From: Phoronis australis
Lineage: Eukaryota; Animalia; Phoronida
Length of the DNA stretch: 64,000 nucleotides
Direction: 5' to 3'
Assembly (NCBI GenBank): GCA_002633005.1
Contig: NMRA01000120.1
Span: 559,940-623,939, forward strand
Each line of letters opens with the position of its first letter. Within the stretch, counting starts at the first letter, position 1. The position numbers were made by a program, and so were the translations under genes. Shown piece after piece: positions 1 through 12,167 of this stretch. The notes below the pieces were generated by a model, which did not search any database, was not told the origin of the DNA, and saw only the letters and a program-made list of their open reading frames with translations.

Positions 1-1503
1 CCATGACTTTTGAGCAATGCTAACACAATGCAAAATAGAATATGGTAACTATGGCAAAAAATTCTTTCACAGTCGGAAATACCAATGTACACAACTGTAG
101 GCAGAAATCAATTGTTAAGACCACAGTGTGGGATTTTTCCTCAGCAAGCGATGTTTAACTACTGTACAATAACTGACTATTGACAGAAAATAATTATTTT
201 TTCTCGATTAAAGATCACAACAAAATTGATCAACTGCAACATGTAGTCACAGCTGATTACCGGACAAACAAAATATCCCTGCAATAGTTTCTGTTCAATG
301 CATGTCTTACTAACCACTATCGCTGAACTTTGTGTGGAGCTATGAATAGCTTACCGAGACGTCTAGCAATACCATCACTAGCTGAAAAGGCTAATGTTGT
401 ATTGATGTATTTATCATTAAATATTAACAATATCCATGTCTGCGAGCGGTGTTGTCTTGACTATAACCCAAGTATATCAATATTCAATCAATAATGCAAA
501 AACCTGTTGGAGGGTAGCCGACGCAGGTGAAGATGAACAACCACATTCATGTTACGAACACCAGACATGTGTAAAGTAGGATGGATGCCAGTATTTAGTT
601 CCATTTCAAATGATTTTCAGCACCTACCAGTGACCAGTAACAGACTGCATACTAAACTAGTAGAACAAAGCGTTAACTGTTTCCAAGTCACAACCACTAA
701 TAACCACACCCCGGATTCAATTCTCCTCTTTCACGGAGGTAGAAAAAATACGCTTCTTATGAATGGTTAATGTAGCTTACCAAAGTTCTGGCAAGAAACA
801 CATTTCACAGACAAGTGAAGAATGAGTGAACACTCAGGTTTTCAAAATAGTTGATATTTGCATTTGGCAATTAACTAAGTGATAATAAAACACGATTGGC
901 ATCGGAATGACAATTGTCAAACAAACTGTGACGCAAATAGTCAATAACACGGAAGCATATTACAACCGCACACCAAGCGCCCTAAGGATGCACAACACTG
1001 TGGGGTACACACTGACATGGAGGGATCTGTACTATTCTGAGAAATGGTTTTCCATTTTCAGCCAAAACAATGGGTAAAGATTTGTCATTTCTGCGAAATC
1101 CGAACAAATCTTTTCAACTTTCCTGTGAATTCTCCCTCGTATCTGGTCATGACGAACGGTTAACATTTCACAATGAATTGCACTCTGTTAAGCCCTCGTA
1201 ATGGGTAAACGACTTTACCGTATGTATGGTTACCTTTGGCAAAAACTGTAAACTTTACAGTAAATCCTGCAACCCCAAATACACAAAGCAACACAGGGCA
1301 TAAAAAGTTCATGCCCCGTTGAAAATAGCTTTCAATTGATAATATTGAACACAAACTGGGCCAAGGAAAATCATATCAATCAACCCCAGCATGGCACAAA
1401 AACCATCGTGTGTGATTGTGTGAGCACGGCGCCTGCATTTTCCAACACATGAGTGAACTAAAGCGCAAAAGAAACTTGAAATTCAGGCAGGCAATAAGCT
1501 TAC

Positions 1504-1565
1504 CTTTTGTCCTTCAACAAGCTATTTATAACAGCTTTCAGCACCCCCTTTTGGATGTCTTGTGG
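1504..1565 (-). CDS. HECTD2: HECTD2 coding exon 5 (PQDIQKGVLKAVINSLLKDK)
   Basis: cctctttcag| ... AG|gtaagc; 62 nt. Confidence 0.92.
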
Positions 1566-4500
1566 CTGAAAGAGGAAGAAGACATGAGCAAAGAACTACT
1601 TCGTATAAAATAATTGCAACTGAACTTGGCAACCAAAAACTTGTTTTATCAAAGACCGCGCACCATAATTTCGAAATAATTTTTTTACCTAAATTGTTTA
1701 TTCATTAGGAAAGTGAGAGTTAATGTCACCTAAAGCTAAAGTAACAGAAGGAATTGTTATGTTGCTGCATTTAATTAAAGTTTGCGCAGCGGTAACTAGG
1801 TCACACTGAAATCAAAAATTTTGAATTCAGAAAACCAAGTTAGTGAGAGGCAAATCTTCATTTTAACAACCGTTTGGTTGAACTCCATGGTTTTACCAAT
1901 AATATTTGTATAGTAATTATGGAAGGCTAACTTGTAGTATTAAAAAACAAATCATTGAAGTTTTCATTCCAAAATATGAACCACAGATGGCGCTGCATGG
2001 GGCTTTAAGTAAATAATGCTTCGTAAGTTTTCTGTTTAACTGCTGATTCTAAATTTTCGAGAATGCTCCACACTTTTCATGATACCACGGCAACTCACCG
2101 ACTCCATAAGAACATCGTATACAGTGTAGACGTAATCCTGTTTTAGACCACTGTCCTCAGTTGTCTTAAATTCTTTATTAGGGTCTCTCTGCAAAATATT
2201 TTCAACAACCATAAAATCTCACCAATTTCGGATAAATTGACAAAACTGATTTTTTTCACACAGACCTCTAACATTTAGGTAAAAGCTCACAATTTATCAC
2301 AAAAATGTCTGGGAGATGAAACTGATAAAACATTCCAATGTCCACCATTATTATTGACTTCATAAAAATCTGACATAGTTGTACGAAATGGATTAGACTC
2401 GTATTTCAAGGAATGTTTTAATACAGTTCAAATGCTGAGTTTTCACCAAAAGGCAAAAATACAAATAGATCCGAAAACAACACAATAAACAGTTTCCCAG
2501 CATATTTTCATAAGGATCCATATTTACAATTATCAAAATTAAAAAAAAAACATTATCTTTCACCAAGCGATGATATACTGCCTAAACTAGAAGCCAGACA
2601 ATTGCCTTCAGCAACAAACAAGGAAATACAGCAACAAAACCCATCTTCAAGAAGTAACACAAATTCAGTCTTCAACCGATTTGAATTCTCTGGATTTATG
2701 AAAATCACAAACTTTGCACACTGAATACATTAAATCTTCAAATATAAAGTCGAATATGTTCAAACAAAACTATCATGCACAAAGTGCTGTCAAACGACAC
2801 ATTTAAAGGGAGATTCTCAGCGAGAAAAATAATTTTAAAGAAATTGGCAGTAGCGCGAAATTGAACCCAGTAACTCCACAGCACTAACCCATCATTCTAC
2901 CACTGAGCCAAACCGCGTGGGTTAAATAGCAGAATATTTCAAGCATATTTAAATGGTCAAGACACCGGGATATCTGGCAGACAATGGCGAGAATTGGCGA
3001 TTTGCAATAAAACAACAAAAACACAATTATGACTTTTGTTGTTTTATAGCTTTGACCAAAACTAATAACCTCAAGAAGTCTTATTACCCTATCCAAAAAA
3101 TGTAACAATATCCCTTTAAGGAAGGTTAGTTATCACCATTGTTGCCTCTCTCCCTTATGTCTGCCAAAATGCCTTAAATAAGATGTATTTAATAATGTAA
3201 ACAGTACGTAAACAATAGCCAATATAAAAGTGCCTGGATATTCACGCCAAAGAATCACAGACAGTAAAGTTCTTGCATTATGTTTTTGTTGACGAGAAAA
3301 AGCAAATGAAGAAAGTGGTGAATTTAGCCCTTTCGCAACGACCCTTCAAACGGCCCTTAAAATGTACGCTAACAGGAAACCTAGATCCCACCCGTTCCTA
3401 AAGCGTACAATTTGCGTACTTTGTAAAATGATAATTATTGTGAAAAGTCCCTTACTTACTTTAAAAAGAGCATTTAATTCTAAAAATGAATCAAATGTTG
3501 TCGTGTAAAATTCCTGAACTGGCTGCCAGCTTCCATCGCTTTGTGCTTGAGCAACTTTATTTCTAAAAGAAAATGAGAAAATCTACATTTCGCCCTGCAT
3601 AAGTTACCTAAAAATGAAAATCGAATTAGGCCTATGTTAAAACTGGTCTCCTATTAATGGCTAACCCTAAAATTATGAATTCAAAAATGGTACCAGTATG
3701 CATTGCTTGTTACTTGAGTTAGTCACGGTAACAGAACCCTACAATGATGAGGAATATTATTAGACCGATTTTATGCGAGTAAAAGGGCTTATTCAATTTT
3801 CGTTTTTAGCTAGCTAAATAAAAAAGATGAAGTGTAATACAAAGTAATACAGGTAACCTCCCATCATCCATTAAGTGGTTTAGAATGATAAATTTTGGTC
3901 CCCATATTCTGTTTTTCAGAGGAAATAACTATATCCTCAGAAAAATGATGGAGTGTGATATTTAACATCTAAAAATATAACTTGAGTATCATTTTCCCAG
4001 AAAAGCCTTCCCATAGCAACTCACTGACTTCTAAATAAAACATCATTAAACTGAACATTACTGTAATTTGATGAAAGACCACTTAACAGTGACATCTTAA
4101 AACTTTGCTTATAACAAAATCTAACTTATTCACACACAATAACGAATCACTTTCCATTTGCACTGGCCAATGAGAAGATAGCAGTTCCATCCGACCAATA
4201 AGAACGTAATTTTGCATAAACATTAATTAACCAATAAGAAGACTGAAAACACCAACATGACAAAACAACTTAAGATGCCGAACGCTCACTTCAAATCTTC
4301 TGGTGTAGACTTTCTGTCAGGATATACAGTCTTTGAGCTCTCCTGACCTTCCGCCTTTGACCTGTCAGAACAATCTGACCTCCGACTATTACTCCTTGAC
4401 TGTGGATGATCCATGGTCAGTCGCGACCCTTTGCTAATAGGGGGCAGCTCCGGAGTAGAATTTTTCGAGGTACCTTCTTTGCTGTTGGGAGATTTTTGTC

Positions 4501-7500
4501 GGCCAAGATTTTGAAAGAAGTTAGCGATTGACTGAAGTCGACTGCCTTGTTTTTCTTTTTCCTGAAATAGAAAAAAAAACAAACTATACTGTGCACTGTT
4601 TAGATGGTGTGACTACACCCTTAGGATGTCATGTATCACACAATGGCGAGTGTCAAATGTTTTGCAACACATCACAAAATTTGAGTCGTGAAATGAGACA
4701 AGTTAACGCTATGCCTTCTTTTTATTATAACCCTTAATGATAATGCTTTATAGTTGAAATGGAGCTCACTGACGTCGCATTACTTTAACCTTAATAAATC
4801 CAGCACTGTAGTGGTAAAATAAGAGGTAAGTAAGCGCCCAAACACAACCGTACCACCTTGAGCATTGAATGGAACTTACGGTGCATAGGCGCTACGTTCA
4901 AACGCCAAAAGGAGGCTGGCTGCGCCTACGTGCGCCTATGCCCCCACTACAGCACTGAATAAATCCCTTCAGTCTTGTTTTATTTTGAAGTTCGTCATTT
5001 TTTACCCCCCAAGGTGATTTAAGTTGAGAAACTCAAGTCAGAAATTGGTGTTTTTAAAAAGCAAAATTCACAAAAAGCTAGGGTAAGCGCTTACACGGGC
5101 AACTAACTTTCGGATGATGCCCCCAGAATTACAGTGACGTCAGTTACTTTGTGAACAACAGGCAAATCAACAACATGGACATGTCGTGTCACGGGTATCT
5201 GAGAGATGAAATTCTCCACATGTGGGCATTCAGAAAAACTTGAGCATTTTATTATAATAGAACTAAAGACTACATCAACTGACATTGTGCATTAAACCAA
5301 GACTGGGCACTTCAAAGTAAAATAATTGGATACTACCAGAATGGACATTTAACCCATTGTTGGCTTAATCCTGGACAGATACCTTAGGTAAAACCAAGAT
5401 GTAAAGACCACCTGGGGTCATACAGCACACACCAAAAATAATTTGACAGAATGACCCAGAATTTCCTTATCATAGTAGCTAAGCGCAAACAGAATTTACC
5501 AACAGAGTACTTTAGAACGACAGGTCTACTTAACATAAAACTCAGGGATTTCATCTACAGAGCTGCTGTCGTTTTTAATGCATTGTGGGATGGTTTTCAG
5601 CTCAAAATCAACCAGTGACATGATAGATTTATAATTTGCACTTTACATGGTGAGATTTAACTTCCGAGTGAGCCTATGGCATGTGTCTCGAGAACATTTT
5701 ATGCACAAGAATTTTATGTATTTTGAGGCTCACTTTCAGTCTTTTATTTTCACGTGAATCGATGGTTGCTTTGTCGTACTCGCACCAAATAATATGCTGC
5801 AGTCAGGACCTGTTTTTAATTCTGGCGTGTGGAAGTGACAAGTGTTGTTTTCAGCCACATTATTTATCTATCACCAAGATATCTGAGATGTGACCAGGAA
5901 TACCGTACTCAAAACGACAAACGGTCTACGGTATATAACACATTTGAGAAACGACAGCAGCGCTGACGACAAAAGACCCTGGAGTCTTATTTCAGCTTAA
6001 ACGTGGACAAGATCTTGAAATGATTTTTGAAATAAGACAAAATACAAATAATAAAATTGATTTCACAATTCTTTCGACATAAATGAATATAAAACAAAGA
6101 TGACACCGCGTTACCATGGACACTAAAACTTGTCAAATATTAATTTAGACAATTTAGGCAATCAATGCTTTATTTGTTATTCACACCTAGAGGCTACACT
6201 TCTATAATAACACGATGCAGGGTATCAATAACGCTTAGTTCATTAACACTTTATCAGTTAATCATTAATAATTAATTAACTGGATACTGTCTGGTTGATT
6301 AGATCACAATATTACAATGTACCGCCTCACATGCAATGGAAATAGGCCAGTTAAACTGCTTCGCATATTGAATCAAAGATCAATACATTTATCTGCTTAT
6401 ATTCGATTTCAGTTTTTGTAGAAATTTAATCCTGAATTGCTGTATTTGCCGTTTATCGGCTACTTTATTAGCATAGTTACTTGACCAGTTCGCAATACTT
6501 TTTTGACAATTACTCACATGTTTAGGAAGTACTAGTCTGGACGACTAATTAAAAATAGAGATAATGCAGACTTTCCAAAGTTTACAAATTTTTAACATTA
6601 TGAAAAAAATCTTCAATTTGGCAGAACACTAATTGCTAAAACTGCTATATTTTTATTTTTTCAGAGTCTTACCACAATTTTCATGAAAAGTTACTTTTGT
6701 TGAGAAATTTGACAAAATGAAATTTCATATGTCCACCATATTGCGTCCCGTGAACTGAAGAATTTTTACCATATATTTCAATATATCTTAATTAATGCTT
6801 GTTGAAGTCATATCAGAGCTGCCTCTTTAGACTGTAACTTTACTATGCACTCCTTCAAACTCCCAAAATAGTTGATCCTCTAACAAATAATAAAGACACG
6901 ATGAAAATGTAAAATACTGACTATAGTTGCCAATATAATTAAGATAATGAAAATACATTAAAATAATGTCGATATTTGTTGATCTTTCAAAGAACAACTA
7001 TCAATAGAGACATAGTAGTAATAGTCTAAATATATAACAACATAATACCTGTTGTATTGGTTGATCTTTCAAAGGAAACACAGGGGTATAAAAAATATAC
7101 CTACTATTAAAATAATGACTACATTTAACAAACTTCCAAAAACAATAATATAGATATAACAAAAATATATAAAATAATGGCTATATTTGTTGATCTTTCA
7201 AATAACATATACAGACATAACAACAAATTAAATATACATATTAAAATAATGGTTATATTAATTCTGTCAATCTTTATTTTCTGTTGTTCCATATTACCTG
7301 ACTAATAATATCAATTTCGCTGTGTAAGACAATGCTAACAATTTCCCATGCATTCAACAAGTCACAATAAAAATTGGTGGTATCATCCAAAGGCAAGAAC
7401 TTGGCAGAAAAATTTGATTTAAAACGCAATGCACACCACTTCAAAAAGAAATTTGGAAAGGATTTCCAGTACTTGTTTTCTCCTTCTACATAATGCTGAA

Positions 7501-10311
7501 TCTATTTTACTAACAATGAGTTATGGGTAACGTTTATATCTGATACTGCCAAGCCACCATTTGCACGGGTATTTACTGCCACACTTCTCTTCAATCTAGG
7601 AGTCTTATTTTGCCAAACAAAATTGGATATCAAACGATTCATCTGTTCTCAGCGAGCAGTATCTATACCCAAAGTATTGATGACGTAAATAATTTTAGAT
7701 AAGGCGAAGGTTTTTACATCAATTCTGCCCAATGAAATAATATCAGGGCTTGGAATGACCAATGACAAAAAACGTGCCCGATAACCAGCCTTCAATGTGA
7801 ACCTTTCCGCGACAAAAATTGGGAGGACTAAAAAAAAAAAAAACGTTACCACCATCAGTAGCATGCGTCCGCGTCCTTTTCGCTCGCCCGTCCACTCCTA
7901 ACCCACACAAATTTGGCTGCAGAGCGGTAGTATTTGTCGCCGCGCTTAACAATAACACGAGCCGCCATTGAAAATCAGACCACGCTTTACCCAGATGCCC
8001 CGGCAATGTTGACAATTTACGTTCCTCCGAAACATAAAGACTTCCGCTTTCCGAGGTGAACGTCGTCTGCAACGCCGCGGTAAGAAAGGAATTTGCCGCG
8101 GAAATTTCATATCAAATCCGATTTTTTTTACGCGGAAATATTATAAAAAAAGCGGAAAGCACATTTCAAAAAAGTGGAAATCCACGTTTCCGCGGAAAAT
8201 TCCAAGCCCTGTAATATTGCGGCTTTTCCAAAAGTCCAAAGTTTTCTTAAAACTTTTAACTTTGAAATCATAATTTAATTGATCATTTTCCTTTTTACTG
8301 TGGCCAAAAAAACTCCATAAACACTTGATTGGCCTGCCAGTACATTTAACCCCGCGCAATGGCTCGGAACAAGCTTTTTCTCTTCCAAGATACAGAACTC
8401 CACATTTTTTATAATTTAATTTCAAACCAGACACTTGGTCAAACTTATCAAAAATTGAAGAAAATTAAATCCTGAAACTTTATAGTCTAAAAATATTGTT
8501 AGGTCATCCCCACACTGGACAAGCTTTATTTCAATATTGTCAATTTTAATGACAAGCCGTAACAAGACAACTTGTAGAGCCTGATCTCAAACAACAAGTG
8601 TCAGTTCACTTGCAGTTCAGAAATTAAACCTAGTTTGACAAAGGGTCAGTTTGAGATCAATTTCATATTTCATGTAGCAAGTGGTCTAAATCCAAAACTG
8701 TTTTAGACGTGACAAAAGGCAGGTTTATAGATGCTTTAAAAAATTGATAGCACTTTTGGGGCATGTTGGTGAAATCAATGTGCCAATCAATGGTGACTTG
8801 CGTAAAGTATTTGAGATAAATGTCAAGCAACTAGTCAATACCTGATGTTGTTTAAGCAATTGATTTTCAACACAGCTTACAGTACTTGAGTGTTTGAGAA
8901 AATGTCACATTTGGTTTAAAAAAGGACAATGAGCATGATTTGTGACCATGCTTGGCATGTGTTGTTCATTGCTTGTGTAATAAAATGGAAATCAATTCAA
9001 GCACTGAGATGAATTACCCTAGGGTGACGATTCTGTTGTCATATCCATTTGAATCAAAAGTGAGGTAAAAATTCTGAAGTTTGAGCCAAAGGCGTATTGA
9101 CTGCAAATATTCAAAATTATACAAAAGTTTGTTACAATTAGATGCATTGGATGACAGCTGAAAGTAGTACTTAAATAAAACTAAAAACAAGACAATTTTT
9201 GTTAATTATCAGTTTTGAGGAGACATGGGACAAAATGATCTGGCATATTCTTATTATACAACACTTCTTGTCTGTAGCTCAGTGTGAAACTCCTTTATAC
9301 ATATGCATATGTATATGCATATGCATATGCATATACATATACATATACATATGCATATACTGGGTCTTCTTATTATGATTAAAAATACACCTGCGGGTAT
9401 TACTTGAAAAGGATTTTGATCAAGGAGCAAAAGTCATGATCTCTCATTCAGTTGCGGTGCAAGAAACAGAAGCTCTACACTGAATAACTTAGTTGTAGAA
9501 AGTACTTTAAAACAAAAATCACCTTAAAACTACTGGGTGGCCTTTTCATAAATAATTAGCGCGTTGACAGAACCTTAATAGTTTAACTCTTTGACTGCCA
9601 GAGGTGCCTTTCAGCATCTTGCATATTCAGTACCAAAGGCGCCAATCAACTGTTTCGGTACTAATTTTGGTTAGTCTTGTTTTACAACATCATAGGAACA
9701 TTAGATGATTGTTTAATCAAACCTGGAATGAACATCAAACTTCACAAATTTTTCCAACGCTGTGTTTTAAAGAAAAATCTTTTGATAATTCCAATTCTTG
9801 ATTCAATTATGAAATGTCAAATGAGAAGTGTGTTTCACCCACTTCTTCATCAATAGAATTTCTATGTTTTGGTGACTGCACCATAGTTTAAGTTAGTTTC
9901 CAAGTTTTCTCAAAAGCTAATTGGCAACAGGAAATACAGTTTGTAAAAATTCCATGGTGAAAGAGCTAGGGTACTGCAAGATTCTAGAAAAATATTCATA
10001 TTTAATCTACAGTTACTTGTCACTTCACAGATACTTACATTTTTATTGTGGACCACTGGTAACTCTGCCTTAATACTCTGTTTCTGTCGACTCGATGACT
10101 TGTACGTGTCCACATTGTGAGCTTTACGGTTGTGGTCAATCCTTAACTGTTGTGCTGCGTTGGCATCATAAAAATTGCCGCACTTAGGGCATATTGTGCG
10201 CTTTGTGCCAGGAGGCTGTGTAACTGTTTTGTCGCAGGTGGGGCACGTAATTGTTGACACACCATTTCCGATGGATACGGCAGGTTGACTAGAGGACTGG
10301 CTTGAAGCCAT
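1504..10311 (-). CDS. HECTD2: E3 ubiquitin-protein ligase HECTD2, 5' part (spliced CDS: 10039-10311, 4290-4561, 3460-3562, 2099-2188, 1504-1565; continues beyond window start)
   Basis: Five exons with GT-AG ends and consistent phases (0,2,0,0,2). Translation SDGSWQPVQEFYTTTFDSFLELNALFK/RDPNKEFKTTEDSGLKQDYVYTVYDVLMES/PQDIQKGVLKAVINSLL matches recalled human HECTD2 (SSGDWKAVHDFYLTTFDSFPELNAAFK/KDATASFNTIEDSGINAKFVNAVYDTLLNT/PQDVQKTVLKGIINSLL). Confidence 0.92.
1779..2004. mobile_element. Kolobok-like non-autonomous element (TTAA TSD)
   Basis: TTAA|AG..GCAGCG ... CGCTGC..CT|TTAA; degenerate TIRs. Confidence 0.45.
2099..2188 (-). CDS. HECTD2: HECTD2 coding exon 4 (RDPNKEFKTTEDSGLKQDYVYTVYDVLMES)
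   Basis: ttttgcag| ... |gtgagt; 90 nt, phase 0-0. Confidence 0.92.
2807..3115. mobile_element. Kolobok-like MITE (TTAA TSD) with internal tRNA-like A/B-box cassette (minus, ~2847-2920)
   Basis: TTAA|AGGGAGATT ... AATATCCCT|TTAA; internal TGGCTCAGTGG ... GGTTCAATTTC. Confidence 0.6.
3460..3562 (-). CDS. HECTD2: HECTD2 coding exon 3 (NKVAQAQSDGSWQPVQEFYTTTFDSFLELNALFK)
   Basis: ttttcttttag| ... |gtaagt; 103 nt restores frame; strong similarity to HECTD2. Confidence 0.93.
4290..4561 (-). CDS. HECTD2: HECTD2 coding exon 2 (EKEKQGSRL...TPEDL)
   Basis: Acceptor tttctatttcag|, donor AA|gtgagc (phase 2). Motifs SIANFF, ELPPIS and KSTPEDL parallel human TFSSFI, EPPPIC and KTVKDF. Confidence 0.88.
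4801..4957. mobile_element. hAT-type MITE
   Basis: TIR CAGYRCTGTAGTGG; perfect 8-bp TSD AATAAATC. Confidence 0.85.
5535..5990. mobile_element. MITE with ~45-bp imperfect TIRs
   Basis: Left aactcaggga...gctgctgtcgttt is reverse-complementary to right aaacgacagcagc...ccctggagt. Confidence 0.55.
6895..7260. repeat. Degenerate AT-rich minisatellite (AAAATAATGRCTATATTTGTTGATCTTTCAAA core)
   Basis: Core recurs about 5 times with variable spacing. Confidence 0.6.
7300..8560 (-). pseudogene. Decayed Tx1/L1-clade LINE ORF2 (reverse transcriptase) fragment, interrupted at 7744-8211
   Basis: IKLVQCGDDLTIFL (degenerate YADD), SGLKLNYKKC, WKSRNIISLGRI..KTFALSKIIY, FVWQNKTPRLKR..GGLAV; in-frame stops present. 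Confidence 0.85.
7744..8211. mobile_element. hAT-like non-autonomous DNA transposon nested in the LINE
   Basis: Perfect 13-bp TIR CAGGGCTTGGAAT; 6-bp TSD TAATAT; subterminal CGCGGAAA repeats. Confidence 0.85.
9296..9360. repeat. (CATATG)/(CATATA)n microsatellite
   Basis: Direct inspection. Confidence 0.9.
10039..10311 (-). CDS. HECTD2: HECTD2 first coding exon (MASSQ...HNKN) with CxxC-x14-CxxC zinc ribbon; exon acceptor at 10330
   Basis: Acceptor ttatcttgtag|, ATG at 10311, donor AAT|gtaagt. Phase 0 joins the 4561 exon in frame. Confidence 0.8.
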
Positions 10312-11611
10312 GATTACACCATCATACCTTCTACAAGATAATAAACAAATTTATCACCAACTGAAAATCTGAACAGTAAGGATTATATACTAAATTATAC
10401 TGTTATTTCACATAGAAGATAATGGCTTGATGGGAAAACATGACGGATCATGGTGAAATATACCCACGTGTAGTTTTATCCACTGTACTGCATGAGGAAT
10501 GACCAATGTTAAGTATAATGAAAGTTGATTTTCAGTTTTGTAGCATTTTGATGCTAAAAATGGGCGATGAGCAGTTCCCTTGGTTAGGATCCTAGTGGAA
10601 TTTGGGGGAACTGCAGATCCTCCAAAAAGGAACTCGGACACAGGAAATGATAGCCTCGCCATGTAATTATCAGAATAACATTAACTGATGTCATGAAGTT
10701 TAACATTTCAATGGTTTACAAAAAAGCAAAAGTACACGTACGTGAAGGATCAAACATGGATGATACACTTGGGAAACTTTATTTTCCTATTTTCATAAAC
10801 TGAATTATTCTTCCAAGAAAATTGCTTTTTATAACATTGGCAACTTGAAGCCACATTAAGACTACTTTAAAACCTTAAACCAAAAAAATTACAAGCTTTT
10901 TTGAGCTTCATTTTTCCAACAGTCATGCAACATTGATAAAACTGGTGGCACTGTCCGTTAGCTAGCTCACTGTGCTAGATTCAAATCTTGACAAAAATCT
11001 ACATTTTAATGAAATAGTTTACCACATGCAAGTTTCGCACGGAAGTGTTACCATCAAGAGTTTTCGGTACTAACGATGTTAACAGCTTTTGAACAGAATT
11101 TTCATGCAGTGAAGATCACACAATTTCGATTTTATTGTAGTTTACATGTACCACTAAATGGATAACTTTTCAATTTATGCATTGTACACTGACATTGAAC
11201 AATCACAATAATCCAAAAGTATAGTGACCAAGGAACTAATTCTGTGGTGTCGGAAGCATGTTCATTCGTTCAACAAATGGGGAGGGTTTAGCTACTCCCC
11301 TGTATTCTAGGGGGGTACCCTCTAGGGGGATCTGGGGTATCCTTCATAAATTTTTGAGAACTCAAGTCTCATTAGTTACATCAGACTGCCTTTTTGATGT
11401 ATTTTACGGAAAATATTGGTCTGCCATCTGTCGGACCAGCTGGACCAGTTCCGGTGCCCATGCACTGATTTTCCCACAATAATAACCATACAATAATACA
11501 CAGTTCAGTAGACAATAGGTCTACATCAGGCAGTTGAAACAAACTAAGCACTACCAATCATTCACAGCCTTAGTTAACAAGAAGTGTACTAAAAGGAAAA
11601 CCAAAAACATA

Positions 11612-11892
11612 GAATCTATAGACAATGATGTGTCTAGCTGGCTCCACAATAGACAGTGGCCACCGTCTCTAGCTGGCCCCAGAAGAGATGGTTAAGCTCC
11701 CATAGATCGGCTTCCTAAGTTGTCCCTCTACTAGTATGCGCAAAAGGTACGTGACAGATTTTTAATAAAGAGCTCCCAACTTTGTATGAAGCGCCTATAG
11801 AAGCTTCACCGTCTGTAGTTCAACTAGATAAGGTAGTCACTGTCTATACTGGGGCCAGCTGGACACCTGATTGTTACTGTCTATGGAATCTA
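11612..11892. mobile_element. Palindromic (foldback) MITE relic
   Basis: tgtctagctggctcca..atagacagtg is reverse-complementary to cactgtctat..tggggccagctggaca. Confidence 0.55.
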
Positions 11893-12167
11893 ATACTTTT
11901 TGCCAATTAGCAGCAAAAAGCTGGTCACTCGACTGCTGCTTGTTGTCAGCTTAGACAGTGCTACCGTCTGAGATAGTCCAGCGAAGTTACATTACCACCT
12001 GAGAGTCAGTTGACCTTTGAATAGCAGTGGCACTGAGACAGTGAGTAAAACATGACAGTCACTACTACCACAACTCACTAGTCTACTGTCAGACACTTGT
12101 CAAAGTCTGAGCATAATCCCCAGAAGCCTGTCATACCGTTAAAGAGACGCCTACAGGTGTCTCTTAC

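Noticed and set aside
4286-4288. TGA ending ORF 4286-4582 as the gene's stop codon
   Set aside because: It is part of the donor AA|GTGAGC; HECTD2 homology continues in frame at 3562.
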